Shown here: in pieces, positions 35,773 to 48,237 of the stretch
Numbering within the stretch: position 1 is the first letter of the stretch
Layout: each line of letters opens with the position of its first letter
DNA from: Pseudovirgaria hyperparasitica
Lineage: Eukaryota
Length of the DNA stretch: 64,000 nucleotides
Assembly (NCBI GenBank): GCA_010093815.1
Contig: ML996568.1
Direction: 5' to 3' (one strand)
Notes under the pieces: generated by a model
What the model saw: only the letters and a program-made list of their open reading frames with translations
What the model was told of the DNA's origin: nothing
Database searches by the model: none
Made by a program: the position numbers and the translations under genes

Positions 35773-37896
35773 GGCGAGAGTATAAAAGGGTAAGCGTGGG
35801 TGTGTTTGTGTGTGTGTGAGCAAGACGAATTGGAGCGACAAAGTATGTATTAGCAGTCGGAATAGTCGAATAGCGGGGGGGTTGTAAGGAGGAGGAGGAG
35901 GAGGAGGAAGAAGAAGAGCGGCGTGTTCGAAGCGGGTCTGAGCTCGGGAATGGCAGCCAGCAGCTAGTAGGAAGGAGAGACGAGAATGAGTAGTAGGTTG
36001 CGGCGTTGTCAAACAATATCACAAGCTCGGTCGGATGATTGTCAGAAGGACAATGCACATGATGGCACGTATTAGATGATGAGCTGTCAATGATGGATGA
36101 GCGCAGTGCAGTAGAACGCGAGACCGGGGGGTTCGAGGATGATGAATGAAGCGAGGGGGGCGATTCCTGAAGTGAATTATGCGTATTTAGGAACCGACTT
36201 TTGGGACCCTCGTTCCTCGTCTAGGCTGGCTCGTCCAGCTTCGAGAATGCGGAGAGAAGGTTTTCTCGAACCAGGGATTAAAGAAATTATCCTTCAGAGT
36301 CCAGACAAACACACACACACACACTCAACAGGCACGTCATTGTTCGGGAAAACGAGGGACTGCTGGAGTCGCTAGTAATTAGTAGAAGTATATACAGCGT
36401 GCTATATATGTACGTAGTGGGTGACGGCATCCAACGATAGCTTCATAGTAAGTACATGTTAAGCATGCTAGAGCGTATGGCGGTATATGTCTAGCGCCAC
36501 ACCCCACGACATGGATACAGAAGCTTTGCATCTATAATTACTACAAGTACACAGAGAGAGACACTACTGAGAGCGATAGCCTAAAGTAGTAGTAGAGGTG
36601 GGGGGAATGAATGGTGCAAATGGTAATTAGGCAGGGCACATGTGCATCTATTTGCCTTCTGGGTATAACCTTTCAAACGGCCGACTCGGCTGATGCTGCT
36701 TGAGTGATCAGCCAATGCAAGAGAGTGGAAATGGGATTGGCAAAAGTGCTGACTGTTGACCGACCATCTCCCCCGTATTCTGCATCAATTGCATCGTGCA
36801 CATGGCGAGGATGGAGGAGGATGATGATGATGGATGGATAGGTGCGGTCTTGGCATCGGCCCCCCGTCACCTTACTGTAACTCCTTACCTAGCTACAGTA
36901 CGCTACAGTAAAACTTGACCTTTTACCAGCTCAGCAGCACCTGCAGTGGGACCTGCACCGTACGTAGTCAGGAAATCAGAAAGCCAGCGAGACCAGCAAA
37001 CCCAGCAAATCCAGCAAAACAAGGGGGACCAAACAGGCGGGCGAGGCAGCCGAGAGCGAGGGACAACACGCGCGTCCCGGGGGGGGGGGGTTTTTAAGGG
37101 CGGGGCAGGGGCTGCTGGGCTGCTGAACTAGGTTTATGGGGAGAGAAAGGGATGGAGGGGGCGCCTTGCCCGCCAGAACTGCCACAGCTACTACTTACTG
37201 TACAGTAATTAGGTGGTGGGGGTAATAATCAGGTGGGTGCCTGGCTGGCATTTGGCAGGTAGCAGGTAGCAGGTAGCAGGTAGCAGGTAGCAGCTGGCCG
37301 ACCACGCGCCCCTACACCACCCACCGCCGCAGTGACCGCTCGCTAGTCTGACTCTTTTTTTTTCTTCCCACACACACACTGCCTCTTCCCTCCACACCCT
37401 GATTCAAACGTCCGCCTACTACTACCACCACTACTACTACTACTCCTACTCCTACTCCTCATAAAACTCCACCCACGATGCCTTCTCTTACCATCTTCTC
37501 AAGGTCTTCCCAATCCCCTCAGCCCCGTCCTCCACGGGACTGACGGCTCTTCTGACTCCTCCGACCACTCCTCCTCTGCTCCCATTACCACTGACTGCTC
37601 CTTGTCTCCTCTCCGTCCCGTTTCCGTCTTTCCGCCATTCCTCCTCCTCCTCCCCCGTAACGATCGCCTCCTCGCCTTCGTTACACTCCTTGCAAACTCC
37701 TCTTAACCTGGCCGTTCTCTTCACCCGATCCTGATTTCACAAGTTCACCTACACTCTTTTGTTTCCAACTCGCTGCTGGCCTTGTCGCTTCAGCGTTGAA
37801 CTTGCCCGACCCGAACACCTCACCACCACGACACACGCACCACTCCCATCTCACACACGCGCACACATACACACACACTCTTTCTCTCTGCCCGCC

Positions 37897-38438
37897 ATGG
37901 CGCAGACTCTTTCTATGCAGTCGCGTGTCGGTCGGAGCAATCAACGTGAGTCTGCCTCTCAATCACACACACACGCCTGCCCGGCTAATTCTTCTCTTGG
38001 CATTTAGGCTATGGCTCCAAGGGAGAACGTCTCGTGGCTGGCATCGTGCCGCTCTCCTCGGACAAAAACTACGTGCTTCTGATACAATCCACCCGTCGTG
38101 GAGGCTGGGTACTCCCCAAAGGTGGTTGGGAGACGGATGAAGCGACGGCGCAACAGGCTGCCCAACGTGAAGCCTGGGAAGAAGCTGGCATCATCTGCAA
38201 AGTCACCTACGATCTTGGTTTAATTGAAGAGCAACGTCGACTCGACCAGCTGTCTGCACAGGCTCCAAAAGCAGCCTACTATTTCTTCGAGGCCATTGTC
38301 GAGAAGCAAGAGACGCAGTGGCCGGAACAGCACAAGCGATCGCGACAGTGGATGTCCTATTCTCAAGCAGCGCAGGCGTTGGCGGGAAGGCCCGAGCTGC
38401 TCGCTGCTCTGAATCGCTGTACAATGCATCGACAGTGA
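37897..38438 (+). CDS. DDP1: Nudix hydrolase, diphosphoinositol-polyphosphate/Ap6A hydrolase (Ddp1/Aps1 type); exons 37897-37945 and 38008-38438
   Basis: SRVGRSNQRY..GERLVAGIVPL, Nudix box WVLPKGGWETDE..AAQREAWEEAG, WPEQHKRSRQW, RPELL.AL. Intron GTGAGT..GCTAAT..TAG. Confidence 0.92.
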
Positions 38439-39398
38439 GAGAGATGGAAGCACTGTAGTATGGTGGCATGCCTGTTTTACTGCATATCCCCCTCCCCCTT
38501 TTTTTTTATTATGTCTTGCATGCTGCTCATGATACCAAAGAGCTTGCCTTTTCTGCCATTGTTTATCTCAAAGTCATTTGAAGTTCACGTCTCGACCCGA
38601 TATACTCTCGGCGCGGTCCATTTGACAAGCAAGTAACACACAACACACTCTATAGAGCGCATCTCTGTCTAATTACGAGACTGGCGCCAGCGCTGAAGCA
38701 GTCGCTGATAGAAAAAGACCTGAATATATGGTCAAAATAATATTCATCGGCTACGGCAGCATGACGGATCTATTGCGCCAATCACAGCCATTCAACACAC
38801 TGCATCTTTTTCACGTGATTTTTCTTGAAACCTAGAACTGTCATTGACATGAACTTGCAGAAGTATAGGGTTCACAGACCAATATCCGAACGCTGCATAG
38901 ATTATACTGAGCTCGCCAGCTCGAAGAACAGTTCTGCCCCCATACGCCTGACGCACTCAACTGGACGCCCTGCTAGACACGTCATCCAAGACCTCCGAAC
39001 GCTCCTGCACATTCACATTCCAGCGACTTGCAAATAGCTCCTTCCATGACAACACGCCCCAACGTGCAGATAGAGAAGTCACCCATAGTCACCCCTAAAA
39101 GTACCCTCCAATCTTATCACTCTTTCCTTGTGCTGTACTTGTCTACTATCTACCTACTACCTACCTACTACCTACCTACCTCTTACTACGTCACTCGGGG
39201 GGAACTACTAGGTACTAGGCTACGTCCCACCAGTCTTGAAACACACTCCTCTCTTCCGTCGACATGTCTGTCCTATCCTGTCCTATGCTGTCCTATGCCG
39301 TGCTGTCCGTATAGCCTGCCACACATGCTGGACACGCATGGGAGTGAGATGGATGTAGACATGTGAGTATGCTTGGGTGCATTGAGAGGTTAGATATT

Positions 39399-39461
39399 GT
39401 GTGTGTGTGTATGTATGTATGTATGTATGTATGTATGTGTGTATGTATGTATGTGTGTATG

Positions 39462-39491
<30 letters not shown>
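39399..39491. repeat. (TG)n/(ATGT)n compound microsatellite
   Basis: Seen directly. Confidence 0.9.
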
Positions 39492-39492
<1 letters not shown>

Positions 39493-39582
39493 CACTGCTG
39501 TTGCTGTTGCTGTTGCTGTTGCGCTTATTGTGCTGCCGTATTTGCTGTCCTTGGTTCCATCATAATGATAATGATGATTGAT

Positions 39583-39675
39583 GATGAGTGATGAGTGATG
39601 AGTGATGAGTGATGAGTGATGAGTGATGAGTGATGAATGACGAGTGATGAGTGACGAGTGATGAGTGACGAGTGA
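39583..39675. repeat. (GATGAGT)n heptamer repeat with GACGAGT variants
   Basis: About 13 copies seen directly. Confidence 0.9.
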
Positions 39676-40478
39676 TAACCAATGTTCAACACGCACTACA
39701 TGGCTATGCTTCGTTGTACTGCCTTTATTCACTGAATACATAAAACCAAGCACGACCTACCAACAGACACGTCACGTCACATGACAACGTCTTTCGTGGG
39801 CACTACTTTGACGGATGGGTGGGTTGGTGTATATGGTATTTCGCATGTAGTATGTGGCAGTATAGCATATAGCAATTGCAGCTACTGCGTCTCAACACTC
39901 TTTGCACATACGCGCCTTGGCTCGTCTCATCCATTCTGACATTCATTCCTTGATTCCTTGATTGATTGGTTGATTGATTCCTTGATTGATTACTCTGCCA
40001 TGCATTGTCTTTCTGCCTATCTTCCTTTCTCTCTTTCGTTCTCCCGTTCTTCCCTTCTTCCTTTCTTCCTGTCTAATTACGGTATATGTGTTTCCCTCTC
40101 TGCGTCCATGCCAGCCAGGTGTGATATGGCATAGTACCAAAGTCCATACAGCAGACAGAAGGAGGAGCATGATGACCCACAAATCAAAAAGCAACGCCCG
40201 CTCAGAAACGCCTAGCAAGCAAAGGAACCGCTCAGGAGGTTCCAGGACCTATCTGTCGTATACATGTATGCATGTATACATGTATGCATGTCATAACAGA
40301 CTGACTCGACTCGACTTGTTTCAAACTTTTTTCTTTTTCGCTTCGCAATCTATCCCAGAATCACACACAAAGTTGGAGTAAGCTTCTCTCTCTCATCTAT
40401 CCTCTATCCTCTCATCCCTATGCGCCTCCCCTTCACGCACGCGCACTTTTCCACTCGCCACAGGACTCCCTCAACACC

Positions 40479-42077
40479 TCAACACCCCAGCCCCAGCCCC
40501 GACGTGCCCTTGCGCCACCCCGGCTTGCGCTTCAGCGTCTTCTTGTACGCCTCGTACTGCGGCTTGCGATCGCCGTACACGCCGCCCATGTCCATGAGCG
40601 CCTTCTTCTTGCGGTGCGCCAGCACATTCGGCGCCACGTCCAGGCCCAGCTTGCCGAGCCGCTCGCTCAGGCCCTCGTTCTCGAGCTCGCCGTGCGCGAG
40701 AATGTAGAGCAGGCTGACGTTCTGCAGCAGGTGCGGCGCGTGCGCGATGATGAAGTCGACCGTGACCGGGTTGGAGGGCAGGAGTAAGGGGTGCCGGGTC
40801 ACGGCGTGGATCAGGTCTTCCATGCAGATTGGGTGCGAGATGGCGTCGACGGGGATGCGTTTGGGCACTTGGTATTTCTTCTTGGGTGGGTTCATGGCGG
40901 CGGCGGCGGCGGCGGCAGCAGCAGCAGCATCACTCATGGGAAACGAGGGGATGGATGGGAGCGAGATGGATGTATAGTCTGTGGTGTCGCCGTTGGTCAT
41001 GACGGTGTCTTCGCCGGGCTCGTTGTTGGGTGAAGACGTGGGCTCTTCCCGGTCTGTCGCCATGTCCCGGTCGGGCTTGACGACGACGGCCTTTGGTCTC
41101 CTTTTCGAGGGCTCGACGTTGCCGCGTTTGCGCGGCTCGAAGATGACGTCGATTTCGTGCCACGGACACTGGAACCGCTTCTCTGCCGGGTCGGGGATCT
41201 CGCCGGTGCCCTTGATGTCGTCGAGATACTTGAACATCTGCTCCTCGTTCGCGAACCCGTACGCCGCGGCCACTTCGCGGTCTCGCTCCGCGAAGAACCT
41301 GTACTCGCCCGTGCTGGATGAGAAGATTGGCGCGTGCCCACCCTTTCCGATGATGTTGCCTATGTTGAACAGTCGTTCCATAAACGCTTGCTCCGACTGG
41401 AGATCGTCGTGGGCGTACAGGGGCTTGATCCGAAGTGGCGTGTCCGTTAACAGGGTGACGACCTCCACTGACGTTGCATATGGTACATGCCTCGGCGGGC
41501 TGAAGATCCATGGAATCGACTCGCGGTAGGGTCCTAGGTTGACGGTTTGATAGTGTGGCTCGTAGTCGACGTGTCCGTCTTCCCGCTCACTGACGGTAGC
41601 ATCACTATCATTTCCGTCGTCAATCTCCATATGGTCTGGCCGGATTGCGTGCCGATGGTAAGCCATGTCGTATTGTAGTTGAGGACTGTATTGCTGCTGT
41701 TGTTGCTGATGATGATGATGTTGTTGTTGTTGTGCTTGTTGCTGAAGTTGTGCTTGCTGCTGCTGCTGTTGCTGAAGTTGTTGTTGATGATGTTGATGTT
41801 GTTGTTGTTGTTGATGTGCTTGTTGAGGTTGTTGAGGCGGAGGCGGTGGCATCTGATTGGGAATAAATTGTGGTGATGGCTGCGTATTCGTCTGCGGTAC
41901 TTGATGAGGCTGTCCATGATGTACATGATTTACATGATTTGCCTGCTTCACATAACCTGTTTTCTGAGCGTCATGTGCCTGGTGGAGAACTGGCGGTGAC
42001 ACCGCCGGAGGGGTCTGGGCGGGCGAACATTTGTTTATTGCGACGAAACCAGATGTCAAAGGGGCTGGTCCCGGCAT
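40479..42077 (-). CDS. Hypothetical protein with polyQ/H tract, polyA tract and basic C-terminus (probably nuclear)
   Basis: 532-codon ORF with strong GC3 bias in its 3' half. A branch point (GCTAAC, ~42208-42213) and CAG acceptor (42177-42179) upstream suggest a further 5' exon. No family recognised. Confidence 0.75.
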   Translation of the reverse strand: MPGPAPLTSGFVAINKCSPAQTPPAVSPPVLHQAHDAQKTGYVKQANHVNHVHHGQPHQVPQTNTQPSPQFIPNQMPPPPPQQPQQAHQQQQQHQHHQQQLQQQQQQQAQLQQQAQQQQHHHHQQQQQQYSPQLQYDMAYHRHAIRPDHMEIDDGNDSDATVSEREDGHVDYEPHYQTVNLGPYRESIPWIFSPPRHVPYATSVEVVTLLTDTPLRIKPLYAHDDLQSEQAFMERLFNIGNIIGKGGHAPIFSSSTGEYRFFAERDREVAAAYGFANEEQMFKYLDDIKGTGEIPDPAEKRFQCPWHEIDVIFEPRKRGNVEPSKRRPKAVVVKPDRDMATDREEPTSSPNNEPGEDTVMTNGDTTDYTSISLPSIPSFPMSDAAAAAAAAAAAMNPPKKKYQVPKRIPVDAISHPICMEDLIHAVTRHPLLLPSNPVTVDFIIAHAPHLLQNVSLLYILAHGELENEGLSERLGKLGLDVAPNVLAHRKKKALMDMGGVYGDRKPQYEAYKKTLKRKPGWRKGTSGLGLGC

Positions 42078-44033
42078 AGTTTGCTTTGGCCTTAAAAAAT
42101 TGGCCGCAGCCTCAAAGAACCAGTGAACACGCGAACTTTCTCGCCAGTCGGTCCGGATGCAGACCTCAAGGGATACCTGATATTATGATATCAAAAAAGA
42201 AATGATATGTTAGCTGCCGTGCTAGTGCTATTACAACCCGACTCTATTGATCGCTGATGATGTGGTGGCTCTCGGACGCGCTGCGAGAGGACGGCAGAAT
42301 TTGTTGATGAAGAGAAGTGGGAGTAGGCGCATAAGATTCACTCGCCTAGCTGACTAACGCTTGTGCTCGCGCCCGCACGGTCGAATCACGTTCAACCCAC
42401 GTAGCGGACCGTTCAAAGTGCTCTGCCAACACAACGTACTAAATAATGGAAGCCTTCGACATTGTGTTTACAGCACTATCGAGTCCTGCAACATTGCGGT
42501 ATCACGAAGTCTGTGAATCAGGGGTGTTTACCAATGTGTACTTAATGCCTGACAATGCACACACATTTGACGGTTGGATGGTCCGACACGCAATCCCTGT
42601 TGTACCCGCAGACTCGATGAGAATGAGACCATAGAGGTCGTACGGGCTTCCAGGACCCAAATGTTCGCTATAGAACAGCACATCAACAATTTATATAGAG
42701 TTTTGAGAATAGGGGGCGCCCTCTTCCCTTGCTCAGGTTCTGGTGTCGTTCTTAGACGAGCCAGCGTCGCCAGGAACAGTCCCTGTGGATCAGCTCACAT
42801 CTATCCATCTAGATATTGGATCCCTAACGAGAGCTGATTATTCAACTTTGTGGAATTGTTGTATTGTTTGATCCCCATGTGTGTGTGTGTATACGCGCGG
42901 TGGTGGATGGAAAGCCTGCACGTCGCCGATCGTATCCTGATATGGGGCTATTCCAGTGATACACACACTCTGTGGTCGATCAGCCCCTATCTCGATACCA
43001 ATCAGGTAGGCTAAAAAGCCTGAATTGACAAAGTGTCCATCATGTTCAGGTCAGTGGTACAAGCAAGAATGATGGCGAAGAGCAGCAAACAATTCACGCA
43101 GTGACAAGCACTTCCGGATGCAGACACGTACAGGTACGTGCTACTCAAACAGCAATCGTTGTAACCTCACAGCGTGAATCTCTGCCCAGAGGTTGCGTGA
43201 GTAGAATGCATCTTTCAATTAAGAGAACACGTCATACGGTGAGTGACTGGGAAGACAATGACTTGCTTGCTTGCACATATGCATCCTATCAGGTGAGGTA
43301 TATAGTCGTGTCCCGACGTCCGAGCCAATCTCGAAATAATCTATCGGGTAGTATAGTCCTGTCAATATCCGAGATAGAGTAGAAGTTTACCCGGGCTCCC
43401 AAGACCACATTCACCCTTGGTCGAGTAGCGAAGATACTAGCCACAATACCGGTTATGCAGTTCGTATGGTTGCTCGGGTGGGTCGCGTGCTTTCAAAGAG
43501 CATGTGACCTGTAAGGACGGATGCGGTGATTTCGAGATGCACTCAACTTGATCAATTCACAGACGTACCTGTTGTGACAGGTCGGACTCCGCTGCTAGGG
43601 TGTGACGTCTTCACTTGATGCTTTGTGTATGCCATGTTTCCGCTATCGTCGTGACGTAGGTTTTGGAAGGAGCACGCGATTATATAAGCGAGAGCATTGG
43701 CCAAGACAATTTTTTGGTTTAATGAGCTCGGCGTTATTAAAGTAAAGTTGAATCAACGATCAGATCAGATCCGTTTTACAGATCCTAGAATATAATACAT
43801 TCGAGAACGCCCTTCACCACGCGCCATCACGATCAGCAATACCGTCAGGCATATTCTGTGAAGAGTTGTATACATGAATGGAGACAGCGCTACAATTGTT
43901 CAGACATCTCTCAAATCATCAGCCGCTCATCAAACATCTTCTTACAAAGAGAACGTGCAGTCCACAATATTCGCTCGCTCGCTCGCATCGCTATGCTAGT
44001 TCTCAAATCAATCTTCCACAGTTCCACGTTAGG

Positions 44034-47000
44034 TCACGTCCTACTCCTCCTCGCCAGATAGTACGTGATCAGGTTCAGGCTTTGGTCTCTAACCCCATTC
44101 TTCTCCTTGCCATCCCCGTCCTTGTGCAAGCCTAGGATCTTCCAGAATGCCTCTTCGCGCTCCTTCTCGCTTGCACCACTGAGTCCTCCAACGCCAGCGC
44201 CATTCAAGAACCATTCATGTAGTGCAACACAAAATTCCAGATTTGCTTTGCGCACATCCGGCTCTGCATCAGCGAGGAATCGAACTGCAGTATGCCCGAG
44301 TCGCTGCGTTTGTGTGTAGGATAGTGTGAGGCGAGGTGCAGGTTTCGAGGGTGAACGAGACGCAGACTTGACCGGCGATTTTGGTCGCGGTGCTGGTTGT
44401 GCAGAGAGAATGAGAATCTGACTGATCGTTGAAAGAGCAGCAGTCAGCGCGCGAGATGGAAACTCTGACGGAGCGAGGGGCGGACTAAGACCTCCAGGCA
44501 CCTCATTTTCTGGTGATTTGGACGCTTCGGCCGTCGAATCGGCAAAGTCAAGGACGGAGTCGAGAAGCTCTGGCGATAGACTGGCCCGGACTATATCGTC
44601 AGCTGTTCGCTGGAGTTCGGCAGTAATATGAGCGGTTGCCTCAAAGGCCATGCGTGCCCTGAGCACGGATTTGAGCGCTCTTGGATGGTAAGGTCGGGCT
44701 TCTGCTTTGTGCAAAGTGAGCATTGCTCTCGCTGCGGCGAGAGCCTGAGTCTTAAGATTTTGTGCTTTCAATGGTTCACTTTTCAGATTCTCAACTGGCG
44801 TTTCCAAAAAATCAAGGAGGCCAAGCATGAGCTCTGAAAACTTGCTTTCGCCCCAGATGTCAAGATTTGACTTGACAAGCTCCTGAAGTCTCCGAAAGCC
44901 ATGTGCATCAAGATTGCGGTTATGAATTCGTTCAATACCGCTGACGAGAAGACGGCGCGATCGCATGACCTCGGCGCGATCTTGCTCCGTCAAGATCGGT
45001 TTCGGGTTGCTAACGTGACCGTTACTCAGATCTTCCATTGCAGTCGCATTGTCGAGACTTCGCTCGATATTTGCCTCGTTGAGTTGGAGTTCCTCAAGGA
45101 CCGGCTTCTCGTCTTCCGTCATAGGTGCATCCTCATGTCCAATGAACGGATCTTCGTACACCTTCACTTCTTCTTGCTCTTTCTCGGTATTTCTTTCGGG
45201 TGACCTGCGCCTCGGGGTGCGAGACGAAGATGCAGGACTACCGAAGTTCAGCTGCGCGTATGGACCTCTCGGTGAGGCCATAGTCCCTGGTGTACCCAGT
45301 CTCGACCCATGACTCATCATATCTGACTTTACTATAGTGAGCTCCTCTTCCTCGGCCCGCATCAAACCTGTGTCCATCGACATGGGCTTTTCCATGCGCT
45401 TGCGAGCCACCGAAGCGGGCATCTTGCCATGAGGTAGTACCAGAGTCATCTCCTCGTCGACCTTTGAGGGGCTAGCGTTTTGGCTGCTGCCGTGGTGGCG
45501 TTGAGGGCTCTCAGTATTAGGAACTTTGCGTCTCAGGCCTGAATCAACTTTCGCTTTCACTTTACTCGGGCTTGTAGTTGGACTTGGACGGTTCGTGTTA
45601 GCCGGAGTTCGCGGTCGGATCGCGCTTTTTGTATTTGCAGATTTCTTCGTAGTCGTATCCCTGATGGGTGTTGCGGTCGGACTTAGGTTCGGTGTGTCAG
45701 TGTCTTTGATTCTGCGGCTGGCGTAAGGATCTGCTGTGGCAGGTCGTGGAGGTGGACGTGGCCGTCTCATGGGAGCAGACATAAGACCAGATGCTCCGCT
45801 TGCACCAGGTGTCGCAGTAGCTGTGGTCTGTGAACGATTTGCAGGACGAGTATTGGTACTGGATGAGGAATTCGTCGAGGTTGTTCGTGCCGTGCGTGAA
45901 TTGGAAAGGGAGGAGGGCGTCCGATCTGGACCTTTACTTGAAACCTTGGCGGGAGAGAATGTAGACATTGCAGAATTCGGGCGATCTGGAGCATTAAGTT
46001 TTTGTGCTGCTGCTTTTCTTTGCTGAGCTATAGCGTCCCTTATATTTGGCCTTGACCCTGATGGACCAACAGACTTCGAGAAACTCGCGCTCTGATTAGC
46101 GCTTGCTGGTGCATTGGGATTCCGGGGGTCTTTCTCGAGCGCGTCCTTGTATTTCTTCTCAAGCCCGTCTTTGAGACTGGCGGATTATTAGCCACACGTC
46201 AGATAAGTGAAAAGCACAGTACTTACGCCACCGCTTTGCTTGGCCAGACAGGCGCGAAGATCCAGTATGTTGCTCTCATTCCTTCCCGAACAGCTGGCGT
46301 TGGATCTTGAAGCCCCTTTTTCAGACAATTCTCGACAGTTTCAAGTCCACCAGCGTGTTCAAAGACTGACCTGTGCGGTGCATGCTTCTTAATGATAGTC
46401 TTCAACCAGCCGGAAGCAAAGTTCCTCGGTTGTACGTTCTTGTCTTGACAGGCCTGCCAGACATGCTGCAAATTTCTGTTATTGTATGACACATTTTGGA
46501 ACAGGACATCGACGGTAGTGTTAGCGTTGTTGGCAGCGATCTTCTTGGTGGCAGCGGTCATCTTGATAAAGGATTGAAGAAGTATCTCAACCATGTTGTC
46601 CATTGCCGGACCAAGGGTTTTCGCCAACTCCTGGATACATTGACAACCATTTGTGGACATCGTAGTTCTTAGTGAGTTGGCCACTTTCAATATACCGTCT
46701 AGCAAGCTCTTCACCCCAGCGAGGAAAGTAGGCAGGTAGTCTGATGGAGAATTGCCCTTGTTCAGCCTCCGAATTTGCATGACGTTCTTGTCTCTTTGCA
46801 TCCAGTTGCCTTCGGACTCTTTCCCCTCGAAGCACGGAGCCATTGAGCGAAACATATCTTCCAGCTCTCTTTGTGTGTGGGCGTATGCTGGCTCCATTTG
46901 ATAATCAGATGAGGTTGATGGTGCCTCTGACGTCACCGAGGCCGACATTAGAGTCTCCGCGATTCCAGTATCGGGCTGTAAATGGCTGTATATAGAAGAA

Positions 47001-47798
47001 GAATGTGAGGAATGGGTTGCCACCGAAGCTGTGGAGGCATGTAGTTCCGCAGGCTCGGCCTGGCCGCCCATGCCCAGCTGAGCTACTATTCCGGAGACAA
47101 TTGATGATCGTACCGCGAACTTTGACATCTGTTTCTTCAAATCCGACTTTGCATGATCAGGAGCATCCCTTCAAGGTGCTGTTAGTACATCATCCATCCT
47201 CTCCAGCCTATGAGCGCACCTACCGGAAAAGCTCTACTATGGACGTTTTAGCCACGTCTCTTACGCCACCGTCTGGGTCTTCAAGATTTGCTACCAACTT
47301 GGGGACATAAGTCTTGAAAGCCAATCCGTTCTGGCTCATCTTAACCACCCACTGCATACCGGCCTCTTTCGCGCGAGCATTCGTCCCGACAAGTGCAGTA
47401 TCGCGTATCAGTCTTTCGACATCAATCGCACAATACGGCTCGAGCTCCTGTATCGTCTGGCTAGCAGCATTCCTGTGGCTTTCTCTTGCGTCGCCCAGGC
47501 GATCCAAAAGAGCCGGAAAGAGTCTTCCCGCATTCGAAGAGATGGCGCTGTCCTGATTTTGCAGAGTGAGTCGTTTTATGAGATGACCTAGCGCGGAGAA
47601 TCCCGACGAGATAAGGGACGAGGACGTCTGACTCCCAATGGCGAACTTTATGCAGTCGAAAATAATCGGTTGGGCAGCTTCAGGCACCCGCTGATGCTTG
47701 ATGTTGCTTTTGAGTTCGTTGAATTTGGTGAGTTTGGCATCGACAGGTGTGCTGGAGCGCTTGAGGTGCATAAGCACCGTTTGCGCCAGTTCGTCCAT
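44034..47798 (-). CDS. STU1: CLASP-family microtubule regulator Stu1; 3 exons
   Basis: ELKSNIKHQRVPE, GHLIKRL, LLDRLGD, LEDPDGGVRDVAK, and the CLASP_N domain FEGKESEGNW..SLRTTMSTNGCQ..DKNVQPR..VREGMRATYW. C-terminal DAEPDVRK..NLITYYLAR. Confidence 0.9.
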
Positions 47799-48237
47799 CA
47801 CGCGCGGAACAATTTGCGTGCGTTGTAGTGGATGGGATGGTTCGAGTGTCGACAAGCTTCGGGCGGAAAGAGGGACGTCAGGGTGCAGATATAGCCTAAC
47901 GTAAACATCAACACGCTCCGGCCACGCTAGAGTCCCTGTGCTAGGCCCGATACGTGACCATGACTCGTCCCGCATCTATCCTAACATCTGCTGAGCCGAA
48001 GAGCTTCAGAGGGATATTACTTTCATGCCTTATTCACTACACACGCTTCTCTCGACGTGCTTGGAAATCTAAAGACCTTTGAAATCCTGCTTTCTTCATC
48101 TGCAACTTATCCGTCCTCTGTAATTCGTCTTCACTCTTCCGTCTCTCGACATCTCTCCACATCCTCCTCAATCTTGCAGCACCATATACACACCAATGCC
48201 GCCCCACCAGATACCCACATACTTCCAAACCCAAACC

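Noticed and set aside
36914..36932. TTGACCTTTTACCAG resembling U5 snRNA loop 1
   Set aside because: Deviates from the invariant GCCUUUUAC, with no enclosing stem or Sm site.
47799..47975. In-frame N-terminal extension of STU1 from ATG 47975
   Set aside because: Not Stu1-like and falls in the shared divergent promoter. MDELAQ at 47798 is the more plausible start.
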